Shown here: positions 45,254 through 54,488 of the stretch, one piece after another
Position numbering within the stretch: position 1 is the stretch's first letter
How the letters are laid out: each line of letters starts with the position of its first letter
Source of the DNA: Patescibacteria group bacterium
GTDB taxonomy: Bacteria > Patescibacteriota > Minisyncoccia > UBA6257 > GWB1-50-10
NCBI GenBank assembly: GCA_024239035.1
Contig: JANBVK010000001.1
Location: forward strand, 107,010-171,009
Direction of reading: 5' to 3'
Length of the DNA: 64,000 nt
The notes under the pieces: generated by a model
What the model was told of the DNA's origin: nothing
Database searches by the model: none
What the model saw: the letters and a program-made list of their open reading frames with translations, nothing else
Made by a program: the position numbers and the translations under genes

Positions 45254-45958
45254 TTATAATACTTTTTCTAAATATTTTAACAACCCTAATGATTTCTCGT
45301 AGTCCATACGCTTCGGACCAATCGCAATAATAAATATTTCTTCATTGTTTACTACCAACCGCTGCGCCACGACCGAAAGGTGATGGCTTTTAGTAATGGG
45401 GCTCTTGCCAATAAAAACTTGAGGCCAAGCGTCGTCTTCCTGCCACCGGTTGATATTCAGAGCCAATCGATTTGGTAAGAATTCAAAATCTTTTGCCACT
45501 TCCACAAAGTCAGACCGCTCATCTAACTCTAGGTTTGAAAAAAGATCTTTAAAACCGCTGCTCGACATCCGCTCAGCCACCGGTTCATAACCAACGCCGA
45601 GAACTCCCAAGTAGCCTGATAATTCTTGAATCAGCCGGTCCCTCTCTCCTTCTAAAAATTCTTCCATCAAATCAACAAACCGGTCTATGTGGCTATTCAC
45701 TCGAATCTCTTCCTCGCTGTCACGGAGCAAATTCCTCACGAAAAAACGATAAGCCTTGTCAGTCGGAAATCTTCCTCCCGAAGGATGGTTCTGATAAAAG
45801 TAACCCGCTTCGCTCAAATCGTTCAGTTCCCACCGGATCATCGCCGGCCTGATTCCAAAATCATACTTTTGGTACAGACGCTTGGAAGTAATCGGCTGAC
45901 CGGTCTTAATAAATTCTCTCACTCCGCCCTCCAAAATAGATTCTGTTCTAGGCCTCAT
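45254..45958 (-). CDS. hrcA: Heat-inducible transcription repressor HrcA
   Basis: N-terminal winged-helix ILEGGVREFIKTGQPITSKRL. Operon position upstream of grpE-dnaK-dnaJ. Confidence 0.8.
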   Translation of the reverse strand: MRPRTESILEGGVREFIKTGQPITSKRLYQKYDFGIRPAMIRWELNDLSEAGYFYQNHPSGGRFPTDKAYRFFVRNLLRDSEEEIRVNSHIDRFVDLMEEFLEGERDRLIQELSGYLGVLGVGYEPVAERMSSSGFKDLFSNLELDERSDFVEVAKDFEFLPNRLALNINRWQEDDAWPQVFIGKSPITKSHHLSVVAQRLVVNNEEIFIIAIGPKRMDYEKSLGLLKYLEKVL

Positions 45959-45976
45959 TACCGCGTAAGCTTAACA

Positions 45977-46003
45977 TTAGCACTGATGAGCGTCAAGTGC
46001 CAA
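45977..46003. promoter_or_regulatory. CIRCE-like operator (TTAGCACTG-N9-AAGTGCCAA) upstream of hrcA
   Basis: Close match to the CIRCE consensus TTAGCACTC-N9-GAGTGCTAA with 9-nt spacer. Confidence 0.6.
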
Positions 46004-46777
46004 TTAAGGACACGCCGCCGAACTAGTCGCGATGTTGCCGGAGTTGTTAAGTTTCAAATGAAAGCATGAGCCGCCGGGCGCGACGAAAATGATGCCAGCC
46101 GAAGAACTGGCAAACCCTATATCACCGTTAACTTTTAATTTCACCGCCGAAACCGGCCCCGTGCCGATACCGATGCCTCCAGAAAAGAAACCGTCTTTCC
46201 AGTTATTGCCAGCATTACCAATGTCATAAGCGTTGTGCGTATTCGGTAAAACGCTTGAATCAAAAGTAGCGGCCGAAATTTTGGTAATGGCTGTTTTTAA
46301 ACTGCGAGTGGCTTTGGCTTGAAGATTATTAGTGTTGAAATCCAGAGCCAAATCAACTTGAACCACCGTCGGTCCGCCGGGGTTTTCATATTTCGTCACC
46401 AAAAAATTATTCACCTTTACGTTAGAGTCAGTAAGTGCGATAGCGGCACCGGCGCCTTCTTGGATGTATATTGCTGTATTTGAAGCGTCAACATAAATTA
46501 TTGTTGGATCAAGAGTTGAAGACGCCATCCGGAGAGTTAGCGTCGTTGTTGCTATCCCGGCTTCCATATCAACGAGGCTAGACCCGCTCACCGAACGTTG
46601 GATGGTATTCCCCACAAAAGAAATCTGCTGATTTACTTCATTAATGGAATTCTGCCTATTCTGAATTTGAGTAATGGCGGTCAAAATACTCACCAAAAAG
46701 ATAGAACTCACCGCAAAAATAACGGTGTAAATTAGCACCTCTATTAAAGTGAATCCTTGTTTTGACGTATCTCTCAT
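46004..46777 (-). CDS. Type IV pilin / pseudopilin-like protein (prepilin N-terminal methylation motif)
   Basis: KQGFTLIEVLIYTVIFAV class III signal peptide. Confidence 0.8.
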   Translation of the reverse strand: MRDTSKQGFTLIEVLIYTVIFAVSSIFLVSILTAITQIQNRQNSINEVNQQISFVGNTIQRSVSGSSLVDMEAGIATTTLTLRMASSTLDPTIIYVDASNTAIYIQEGAGAAIALTDSNVKVNNFLVTKYENPGGPTVVQVDLALDFNTNNLQAKATRSLKTAITKISAATFDSSVLPNTHNAYDIGNAGNNWKDGFFSGGIGIGTGPVSAVKLKVNGDIGFASSSAGIIFVAPGGSCFHLKLNNSGNIATSSAACP

Positions 46778-46807
46778 AACCCAAGTAAGTTATAATAATT
46801 ATAACAG

Positions 46808-48709
46808 ATGACAAGACCGTTCAATAACGCTTATCAAAATATTCTCTTAGTTCTGATCCTTGGTTTGGCTGCTATTTTGATGTTCAATGCCGCAAGCGGT
46901 GAGTCGGCTATCACGGATGAGCGGGCACACATCCCCGCCGGCTTTGGCTACGTTAAATTCCTGGACTACCGTCTAAATCCCGAACACCCGCCGTTTATAA
47001 AAGCATTATCTGCTCTACCGCTCACCATCCTCGACTTAAACTTTCCAACCGAACACAGAAGCTGGACGGAAGACGTAAACGGCCAGTGGGATGCCGGCAC
47101 TCAATTTCTCTATAAATCAGGAAACGACGCAGATCAAATAGTAACCGTCTCACGGCTCTTCCCTATCGTCCTTACCCTTCTGACTATCGTAATAATCTAT
47201 ATCTGGTCGCGGGAGCTTCTTGGGAACTGGTGGGCTCTTATTCCAGCTTTCCTTTTCGGCCTATCACCAACCGTACTTACCCACGGTCACTATGTCACAA
47301 CCGACATCGGTGCTACTTTTGGCATTCTTCTTGCCACATTTGCTTTCACTAAGTTTCTTCTCAAGCCCTCTAAAACAAATACAATCTGGGCTGGAATCGC
47401 TTTCGGTATTGCGCAAATTACGAAATTTTCAGCTGCCCTGCTTATTCCTTATTTCTTAATTCTTACTTTCTTATTTTATCTAGGACTCGTTTTGCGGGAT
47501 TGGAAGACAACCGAGAGAATCTCTAGAATAAAAAATTCTTTAAGAATCTTTTGGGTGTACCTCCGAGGCATCGTTTTTGTATTTGTAATCGGTGCCCTTG
47601 TTATTTATGCAGTCTATTTCCTCTTCACTATAAACTATCCTCCTGAAAAACACTTAACTGACGCCACTCAAATTCTTACTTCTTTTAGCCCTCACTGGAT
47701 AGCCGACGTAAATCTCGCAATGATTCAAAGTCCCGTGCTCCGACCTATGGGCGAATATACGTTGGGACTTTTAATGGTTCTCCAGCGCTCCGCCGGCGGT
47801 AACACGGGTTATTTCTTAGGCGAAGTCTCGGCTACCGGTTGGTGGTACTACTTCCCTGTTGTGTTTCTGTTAAAAGAACCCCTACCCTCTTTAATTCTAA
47901 TCTTCTTTGCGCTGGGACTCGGTATCTGGCACATCATTAAAAGCCTAAAATCTAAAACCTCCAAATTAAAAACTTTCACAAACTACTTGGGCACTCACCT
48001 TCCTGAATTTGCAATGCTTACGTTTATCGTAATTTACTGGGGATATAGCATGAGAAGTCCTTTGAACATTGGCGTTCGCCATCTATTGCCGACCATGCCT
48101 TTCATTTACATCTTATCCATAAGCAGCATAAAATCATGGGCTAATACGAAATTAGATTTGAAAGACAAATTTATCGCATCGCTCTTCGCCGTTTCAAGCT
48201 ACCTGCGTAAAACATTCATAAAATTCTTATTTCTTGCCATCCTGCTCCTATGGTATCTTGGAGGAACCATAGTCGCAGCTCCTTACTTCCTTTCTTATTT
48301 TAACGAGCTGGGCGGCGGAACTACTAACGGCTACCGTTATGTAACTGATTCAAATTATGACTGGGGTCAGGATTTAAAACGATTACAGGCATTTGTTAAG
48401 GACAAGAATATCGATCTTATCGCAGTGGATTATTTTGGCGGCGGAGATCCTAAATACTACCTTGGTGAAAACGTTGCTGAATATTGGTGGTCAGCGCGGG
48501 GTAATCCCAGGGACATTGGCATTGAATGGTTGGCGGTCTCCATAAACTCCCTGCAGGGCTCTCTAGGAAAAACCGCCCCCGGCTTTGAACGAAAGCCGGA
48601 AGATGAATATCGCTGGCTCCAAGAACTCCGTCCCCCACCCGCCGGGCTGGGCCAGGTACCCACACCCGACTTCCGCGCCGGCACTTCCATATTCATCTAC
48701 CACCTATAA
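46808..48709 (+). CDS. Polytopic membrane glycosyltransferase, GT-C fold (PMT/ArnT-like, GT39/GT83 family)
   Basis: About 12 TM segments. First-loop ITDERAHIPAG (DE motif) and PEHPPF motif typical of polyprenyl-phosphate-sugar-dependent GT-C enzymes. Confidence 0.55.
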   Translation: MTRPFNNAYQNILLVLILGLAAILMFNAASGESAITDERAHIPAGFGYVKFLDYRLNPEHPPFIKALSALPLTILDLNFPTEHRSWTEDVNGQWDAGTQFLYKSGNDADQIVTVSRLFPIVLTLLTIVIIYIWSRELLGNWWALIPAFLFGLSPTVLTHGHYVTTDIGATFGILLATFAFTKFLLKPSKTNTIWAGIAFGIAQITKFSAALLIPYFLILTFLFYLGLVLRDWKTTERISRIKNSLRIFWVYLRGIVFVFVIGALVIYAVYFLFTINYPPEKHLTDATQILTSFSPHWIADVNLAMIQSPVLRPMGEYTLGLLMVLQRSAGGNTGYFLGEVSATGWWYYFPVVFLLKEPLPSLILIFFALGLGIWHIIKSLKSKTSKLKTFTNYLGTHLPEFAMLTFIVIYWGYSMRSPLNIGVRHLLPTMPFIYILSISSIKSWANTKLDLKDKFIASLFAVSSYLRKTFIKFLFLAILLLWYLGGTIVAAPYFLSYFNELGGGTTNGYRYVTDSNYDWGQDLKRLQAFVKDKNIDLIAVDYFGGGDPKYYLGENVAEYWWSARGNPRDIGIEWLAVSINSLQGSLGKTAPGFERKPEDEYRWLQELRPPPAGLGQVPTPDFRAGTSIFIYHL

Positions 48710-48799
48710 ACTACTCCACAAAATAAGATTTTTGTTTCTGAAGAAACCTGTCGGAGCGAGACGGTGAACATAATCCACCGCTTATCACCCAATCAAAAA

Positions 48800-48987
48800 G
48801 TAGTTCATAAATTCTCCTCTGTAGTATGCCGGAGCGAAGTCATAAATTAACGAACGAGAAACTAAAAAGTAGAAAAACAGTGCTGTTTGAGCGAAGCGAG
48901 TTCGCTGTTTTTCGTTAAGCTTTTCTGTTTTGAGGAGTATATATTTATCTGAGTAAAGGCGGCTACAGAGGAGAATTTATGAACTAC
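48800..48987. repeat. Repeat element family, copy B (188 bp, perfect 25-bp TIRs GTAGTTCATAAATTCTCCTCTGTAG / CTACAGAGGAGAATTTATGAACTAC)
   Basis: Core is more than 90% identical to copies A and C. Lies between convergent genes. Confidence 0.75.
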
Positions 48988-48994
48988 ACAACCC

Positions 48995-49789
48995 TTACTG
49001 ATAATAAATCCTGTTTGGCACGCGGAAATCAAAATAAATCACTTTACTAAACTCAAACCGCTTATCCAAATTCTTAATAATCCCCTCCAAGTTATCCGGC
49101 GCAAAATTTAAACTAAAGTAAAATATCGGCCCCGAAGCCACCTCTGCCTGCCACTCCTCGAGAGCTAAATCTCTTATCTCAACGGACGAGACGATAAAAT
49201 CATAATTATCTAGAGTTCCCAATGTTTGAAATACATTCTCTACCCGCACCGGATCGTTAAGAATGGGGTTGCCTAAAATCACCGGACGGTTATTTATATC
49301 TTCAATTTTCAAAATCAAAACCCCCTGAACGTCCGGCACGCGGGCAAAAACAATACCCTGCCGATCAAAACCGTAACAATCATTCTCTAAGACACACCAA
49401 ACCCCGAACAACTCCCTCTCGTGAGCGCCAATGATCACTTTCTTTTCTCCTAAATTCGTCTTGATATTTATCTCTCCCAAAACCGGCAACGAACTGAGAA
49501 ATTCAGGTTTTTTACCAAACTCCCAAAAGAGTATATTATCCGACCCTAATAACGAACGTAGGCGGCTATCACTTATCATTTTTGCATTCAAAGAGGCAAA
49601 TAACACATCGTTAGAAATAAGTTTAGAACCGTTAACCTCAAAACTTTCGACTTTTAAAAAATCGGCATAAAGCACAAAATACGCAAACCCTATAAGCGCG
49701 GCACCGAGGAGAAATCCCGCTCCTGACCACAGCAAAAATCTCAAACGTATTAATCTCTTTTTCTTCTTTTGAAAAGGTAAATCTTGCAT
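48995..49789 (-). CDS. ftsQ: Cell division protein FtsQ/DivIB-like (TM plus POTRA)
   Basis: N-terminal TM then VESFEVNGSKLISNDVLFASL POTRA-like segment. Confidence 0.5.
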   Translation of the reverse strand: MQDLPFQKKKKRLIRLRFLLWSGAGFLLGAALIGFAYFVLYADFLKVESFEVNGSKLISNDVLFASLNAKMISDSRLRSLLGSDNILFWEFGKKPEFLSSLPVLGEINIKTNLGEKKVIIGAHERELFGVWCVLENDCYGFDRQGIVFARVPDVQGVLILKIEDINNRPVILGNPILNDPVRVENVFQTLGTLDNYDFIVSSVEIRDLALEEWQAEVASGPIFYFSLNFAPDNLEGIIKNLDKRFEFSKVIYFDFRVPNRIYYQ

Positions 49790-49795
49790 TGCTTG

Positions 49796-50452
49796 CTATT
49801 CGTAAACCCTCACAGGGAATGAATATGTATACTCTGATGCTCCCTCCTCCTGCACCTCAACGCTCACTGGATAATCACCTTTTGAAAGCCAGGTATGACT
49901 TAAAAATCGAACCTCATCCGGAAAAGATTCTCCTTCCTCTCTTTCTCCATCACCCCAATCAACTGAGTAAATAGAAACTCTATTAATTGATACGATAAGC
50001 GGCGTCCCTACCTTAGTAATAATCGTCGCTGGCGGCGGAGGAACAAGAAAGAGGGAACTCGCCTCAGCTGGAAGTGTTTCGCTCTCACCTCCTGTGATAG
50101 AATTAATCGTTAAAATTCCCTGGGGAGAAACCACGGTTGGAGTATTGTTAACCAAAGAACCTGCAAATGACTGAATTTTCTTTCCTACAGGAAAAATGGT
50201 TTCCGCAACTTTCTGTTTTACGTACTGCTTTGCCGTCTCCTCCGTCTCCTCTTTTGCTTCCCGGACTGCCTGGGCTCTCTCACGTGCCTTATTTTCTAAA
50301 CTATCAACTATACTGCCGAGGAACTGCCCCGCTCCTCCTCTCGTCTCACTCCCCGTATCACCGCTCCACCACCGAGCATACCCAAAGTAACCCCCGTATG
50401 AGATCCCCACAAACAGAAGAACCCAAAATACACCAATAAAGAGACGACGCAT
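49796..50452 (-). CDS. Hypothetical secreted/anchored protein
   Basis: N-terminal TM. No recognisable domains. Confidence 0.45.
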   Translation of the reverse strand: MRRLFIGVFWVLLFVGISYGGYFGYARWWSGDTGSETRGGAGQFLGSIVDSLENKARERAQAVREAKEETEETAKQYVKQKVAETIFPVGKKIQSFAGSLVNNTPTVVSPQGILTINSITGGESETLPAEASSLFLVPPPPATIITKVGTPLIVSINRVSIYSVDWGDGEREEGESFPDEVRFLSHTWLSKGDYPVSVEVQEEGASEYTYSFPVRVYE

Positions 50453-50522
50453 TACACTTATACTACCACTCTCCCCTTACGAATAGTCAAGTAAATCTCT
50501 TTTTACTACCCAACCCTAAAAA

Positions 50523-50639
50523 GTAGTTGATAAATCTTCTCTGTAATATGTCGGAGCGAAGTTATAAATTAACGAACGAGAAACTGAAAAGTAGAAAAAC
50601 AGTGCTGTTTGAGCGAAGCGAGTTCGCTGTTTTTCGTTA
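50523..50639. repeat. Repeat element family, copy C, 3'-truncated after the core hairpin (lacks the 3' TIR)
   Basis: 5' TIR GTAGTTGATAAATCTTCTCTG plus the conserved core to ...CGCTGTTTTTCGTTA. Confidence 0.7.
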
Positions 50640-50669
50640 CCTTATTACACCACATCCCACAAACGTAAT

Positions 50670-50834
50670 CAGCTTTTAGCTGAGGACAGATTGCTTTTCG
50701 GAATATCTCGCAGTCCCGTTGGGCTTGGTCTCGAGCGAGGTGAGAGCCAGCGGGACGAGGGAAAAGAAAGTTTTACCGCTGGAGTAAAACTATTCTGGTT
50801 CCGAAAGGTAACTGTCCGAGGATACTAAAAGCTG
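50670..50834. ncRNA. Candidate structured RNA of about 165 nt (long closing stem with tandem G-A internal loop, 10-bp second stem, mutually exclusive inner helices), abutting the serS stop
   Basis: CAGCTTTTAG pairs CTAAAAGCTG. GGACAG pairs CTGTCC. CTTTTCGGAA pairs TTCCGAAAGG. CCAGCGG/CCGCTGG competes with GTTTTAC/GTAAAAC. Confidence 0.4.
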
Positions 50835-50835
50835 A

Positions 50836-52095
50836 CTACTTCCTTCCTATCTCACTCTTCCCCACATAATCTTTCAGCGCTTTTGGAACTTTGATAGTTC
50901 CCCGCTGAGTTTGATAATTCTCAAATATCGCAACTAAAGTCCGCCCAATAGCAAAAGCTGTAGCGTTCAACATATGGACAAACTCTTTCTTCTCTCCCCT
51001 CATCTCATATTTAGTATTAACGCCGCGCGCTTGAAAATCAGTAGTATTAGAGCACGAATGGGTTTCCCGATAAGTCCCCTCTCCGGGAAGCCACGCCTCA
51101 ATATCATGCTGTTGCGCATCAGTCCAGCCCATATCCCCCGTGCATATCTCAACCACTCTGTAAGGGATATCAAGTTTTTCCATTAACTTTTCCTGAAGAG
51201 AAAGTAAAATTTCATACTCCTTAACCGAATCCTTTGGTTTAGTGAATGAGAACATTTCCACTTTATCAAATTGGTGAACTCGCAAAATCCCTTTAGTATC
51301 TTTACCGTATGAGCCCGCCTCCCTCCTAAAACAGGTTGAAAAACCAACATATCGTCGGGGTAGTGTTTTTTCGTTCAATACCTTATTCATATGCATCGGC
51401 CCTATAGTGTGCTCCGCGCTTCCTACCAAATATAGATCGTCTTTGGGTAAATAATAACGTTCCTCTTTCTGGTCTGCGGCAAGTCTCCCCATACCGGCGA
51501 ATGCCTCAGGACGAATCATTACCGGCGGCACAACCGGAATAAATCCATGTGGTAGAAGCGTGTCATATGCAAGCTTCACAAGCCCGAACTCAAGGAGCAC
51601 TGCGTCCCTTAATATATAACTGAAACGAGTGCCCGTCACTTGAGAGGCGCTCTGAATGTCAATCAAGCCTAAATTTTCTGCTAAATCGAGGTGACTTTTC
51701 GGTTGAAATTTAAACTTCGGTTTCTTGCCAACTTCCCTTAAAACTTTATTAAAAGATTCATCTTTACCAACAGGGACGTCCTTAAAGGGTAAGTTGGGTA
51801 AGTAGCTCAAAACCTCATCTCGTTTTTTACCGAAGGTTTCACTCTCACCTTTTATTTGAATAATGCGCTTCTTTAAAATCTGTGCCCGGTTTAACGAGTA
51901 GTCTCTACGACCTTCAGCGAGTTCACTGGTAACCTTATTTTGCTCCGCTTTAAGTTGATCTAGGGCGGCTATTTTTTTCCTCCACTCATCATCCAATCTA
52001 AGAAACTTATCAACAAGCTTTGGATCAACATTTTTTTTAGTAATTCCTTCTCTTACCTTATCTGGATTTTCGCGAATTATATTTACGTCGAGCAT
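50836..52095 (-). CDS. serS: Seryl-tRNA synthetase
   Basis: Class II motifs, N-terminal coiled coil, 419 aa. Confidence 0.95.
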   Translation of the reverse strand: MLDVNIIRENPDKVREGITKKNVDPKLVDKFLRLDDEWRKKIAALDQLKAEQNKVTSELAEGRRDYSLNRAQILKKRIIQIKGESETFGKKRDEVLSYLPNLPFKDVPVGKDESFNKVLREVGKKPKFKFQPKSHLDLAENLGLIDIQSASQVTGTRFSYILRDAVLLEFGLVKLAYDTLLPHGFIPVVPPVMIRPEAFAGMGRLAADQKEERYYLPKDDLYLVGSAEHTIGPMHMNKVLNEKTLPRRYVGFSTCFRREAGSYGKDTKGILRVHQFDKVEMFSFTKPKDSVKEYEILLSLQEKLMEKLDIPYRVVEICTGDMGWTDAQQHDIEAWLPGEGTYRETHSCSNTTDFQARGVNTKYEMRGEKKEFVHMLNATAFAIGRTLVAIFENYQTQRGTIKVPKALKDYVGKSEIGRK

Positions 52096-52104
52096 AATCT
52101 TAAA

Positions 52105-52509
52105 TTATAAATTAAAGCGTGAAGAATGAAGCTTGTTCGGTTCATATGCATGCATTACCTCAATCTCCGGTTTATATCCTAAATCCTTAATATGATTCTC
52201 CAAATTCTCTCGCAAAGCATGTTGATCGTAACCTATGGCGATAACGTCGGGTTTGTATTTTTTAACAACCTCCCACGTACCAATCTCCATATCACCAACA
52301 ATTACTTCATCAACACCGTCTTCTTTCTTGATATTTTCGAATCGTTCTGCGAGATTAATCTCAGGTAAGTAGCCTTTCAGGTACTGGACAATGTGGTCCT
52401 GCGCCACCACTGCAACTAAATAATCGCCGTGACGGCGGGCCTCCCCAAAAAACGTCCGATGCCCTTCATGAACGCCGTCAAACGTGCCGAATACCATTAC
52501 TCGTTTCAT
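52105..52509 (-). CDS. Cytidylyltransferase-like nucleotidyltransferase (HxGH motif; RibL/TagD-like)
   Basis: VFGTFDGVHEGH near the N-terminus. 134 aa. Confidence 0.6.
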   Translation of the reverse strand: MKRVMVFGTFDGVHEGHRTFFGEARRHGDYLVAVVAQDHIVQYLKGYLPEINLAERFENIKKEDGVDEVIVGDMEIGTWEVVKKYKPDVIAIGYDQHALRENLENHIKDLGYKPEIEVMHAYEPNKLHSSRFNL

Positions 52510-52516
52510 ACTAAAG

Positions 52517-53980
52517 TTACTTTGATTTTCTTTTCATTAACGGGAAAAAAACGGTTTCCCTAATCGGTTTATCCATAAGTATAGCGAATACCCGCTCTGA
52601 CATTCCAAAACCGGCTGCAGGCGGCATACCATATTCCAGCGCCTCTAAAAATTCTTCGTCTAATCTTTGCGCTTCCTTATCTCCTTTTTCACGCAACTTC
52701 ATTTGTTCTTCAAATCTCTCTCTTTGATCAATTGGATCATTTAATTCTGAAAAACCCTTACCAAGCTCTGTTTCTACAGCCATTATCTGAAATCTGGCAA
52801 CTCTCCCTGAATCTTTCTCTAATCGCTTAGCAAGAGGCTCAATCTCAACCGGCGGATTAACCAAAAAACACGGTTGTATTAACTTACGTATAACCGCCTT
52901 TTTGAAAATTATATCTATAATCCTCCCCTTCCCAGCAGTACGCTCATATTCTAATTTTAATTCCTTGGCTTTTTTCTGAAGATCTTCGATTGTTGCTTTC
53001 TCTAAATCAACTCCGGTTTCTTTCTTGAATATTTCATAGTAATCAAGTCGTCTCCACTTCTTTCCCCAGTCAACTTGGTGACCGCACGAATTGACGATAA
53101 GCGTCCCACAAACTTTTTTAACAACGTCTTTGTAAAGTTTTTCTGTAAGCTCCATCATGTCTTCATAATCAGCGTACGCCCAATAACACTCCATCTGGGT
53201 ATAGTCCTGCAGATGCTCCCGATCAATCCCCTCGTTTCTAAAGATCCTTCCAATTTCAAATACTTTCTCATACCCACCAACCAAAAGCTTCTTTAAAGGC
53301 AACTCTAAAGAAATTCTAAGATATAAATCCATATCGAGCGCATTCAAATGCGTAATAAACGGTTCTGCATCTGCACCGCCCGGAACACGCTCAAACACCG
53401 GCATTTCTACCTCTAGAAAATCTGCGCTCTTGAGATGTTCTCTCACGGTATCCCAGAATAAACTTTTCTTAACAAACATCTCTTTAATTTCGGGGTGGAG
53501 AAGTATATCCAGATATCGCTCTCTCAGCTTGGTCTCGACATCCTCTAAGCCGTACCGGTGAGCCGGCAGCGGTTTCAAACTCTTCGCAATCATCCTAACC
53601 TGCTGGACAAGCAGACTTTTCTCTCCCCGCTCTGTATTGAAAACTTTCCCTTGAGCTTCTACAAAATCACCAATATCAAAGGTTTCTTTGATGAGCTTAA
53701 AGTTTTTAACTTTTTCCTCGTTAAAAACGAGTTGAAATTTTCCGGTGCCGTCTTGAATATGAGCAAAAATAATCTTTCCTTGATCCCGCCATGCCATAAT
53801 ACGTCCCGCTACCGCGATTGATTTCTTCGAGCTCTCAAACGCCGAAAAACGCTCGATTATTTCAGCTAACGTTGCATCCCGATGAACCTTTGCAGGATAG
53901 GGATTACCAGTCTCTTCATACTTTCTAAGCTTTTTCTTCCGCTCTTTAACTAGATCTTCAAGCATGCCAATGTTGTCCAA
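52517..53980 (-). CDS. lysS: Lysyl-tRNA synthetase, class II
   Basis: OB-fold N-terminal domain plus class II catalytic core. Length and sequence typical of LysS. Confidence 0.95.
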   Translation of the reverse strand: MDNIGMLEDLVKERKKKLRKYEETGNPYPAKVHRDATLAEIIERFSAFESSKKSIAVAGRIMAWRDQGKIIFAHIQDGTGKFQLVFNEEKVKNFKLIKETFDIGDFVEAQGKVFNTERGEKSLLVQQVRMIAKSLKPLPAHRYGLEDVETKLRERYLDILLHPEIKEMFVKKSLFWDTVREHLKSADFLEVEMPVFERVPGGADAEPFITHLNALDMDLYLRISLELPLKKLLVGGYEKVFEIGRIFRNEGIDREHLQDYTQMECYWAYADYEDMMELTEKLYKDVVKKVCGTLIVNSCGHQVDWGKKWRRLDYYEIFKKETGVDLEKATIEDLQKKAKELKLEYERTAGKGRIIDIIFKKAVIRKLIQPCFLVNPPVEIEPLAKRLEKDSGRVARFQIMAVETELGKGFSELNDPIDQRERFEEQMKLREKGDKEAQRLDEEFLEALEYGMPPAAGFGMSERVFAILMDKPIRETVFFPLMKRKSK

Positions 53981-53994
53981 ATTTTGGAGCCTTC

Positions 53995-54480
53995 TTATTC
54001 TATACCTAAAATTTTATAATCTGTTTCCTTCTTCGGGGTTTCCACATTAACCACATCGCCAACTTTCTTGCCTAAAACCCCTTTGCCAACCGGAGATTCA
54101 TTAGAAATAAAACCCCGTGTAGGCCTAGCTTCACTCGATCCAACAATGGTATACGCTACTATCTCTCCTTTGTCTTTTTCCAGCTTGACTTTAGATCCAA
54201 TTCTAACCGTTGCCGTGCCGCTGGACTTCTTAATAATGGAAGTTTTTCTTAAGAGATTATCGAGTTCGTTAATCTTTTTCTCTAAATTAGATTGTTCCTC
54301 TCGCGCATCCTGATATTCAGAATTCTCTGAAAGATCCCCCAACTCCTTAGCTTGCTTAAGACGCTTGGCAATCTCTTTTCTGCCTTTAGTCTTTAATTCT
54401 GCAAACTCCTTAGATAATTCGTCGTACCGTTCTTGAGATAAGTAAGTTATATCCATGCTGATTTGTATATCTGCGCTCAA
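53995..54480 (-). CDS. greA: Transcription elongation factor GreA
   Basis: N-terminal coiled coil with the acidic-tip-bearing segment LGDLSENSEYQDAREEQ and C-terminal FKBP-like domain. Confidence 0.9.
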   Translation of the reverse strand: MSADIQISMDITYLSQERYDELSKEFAELKTKGRKEIAKRLKQAKELGDLSENSEYQDAREEQSNLEKKINELDNLLRKTSIIKKSSGTATVRIGSKVKLEKDKGEIVAYTIVGSSEARPTRGFISNESPVGKGVLGKKVGDVVNVETPKKETDYKILGIE

Positions 54481-54488
54481 TTTATATA

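Noticed and set aside
50670-50834. Structured region as RNase P RNA, tmRNA or SRP RNA
   Set aside because: Too short for RNase P or tmRNA and lacks their conserved blocks (GGAAAGUCCGG / tRNA-like ends). Lacks the SRP helix-8 GGAAGCAGCC-type motif. Left as an unclassified candidate.
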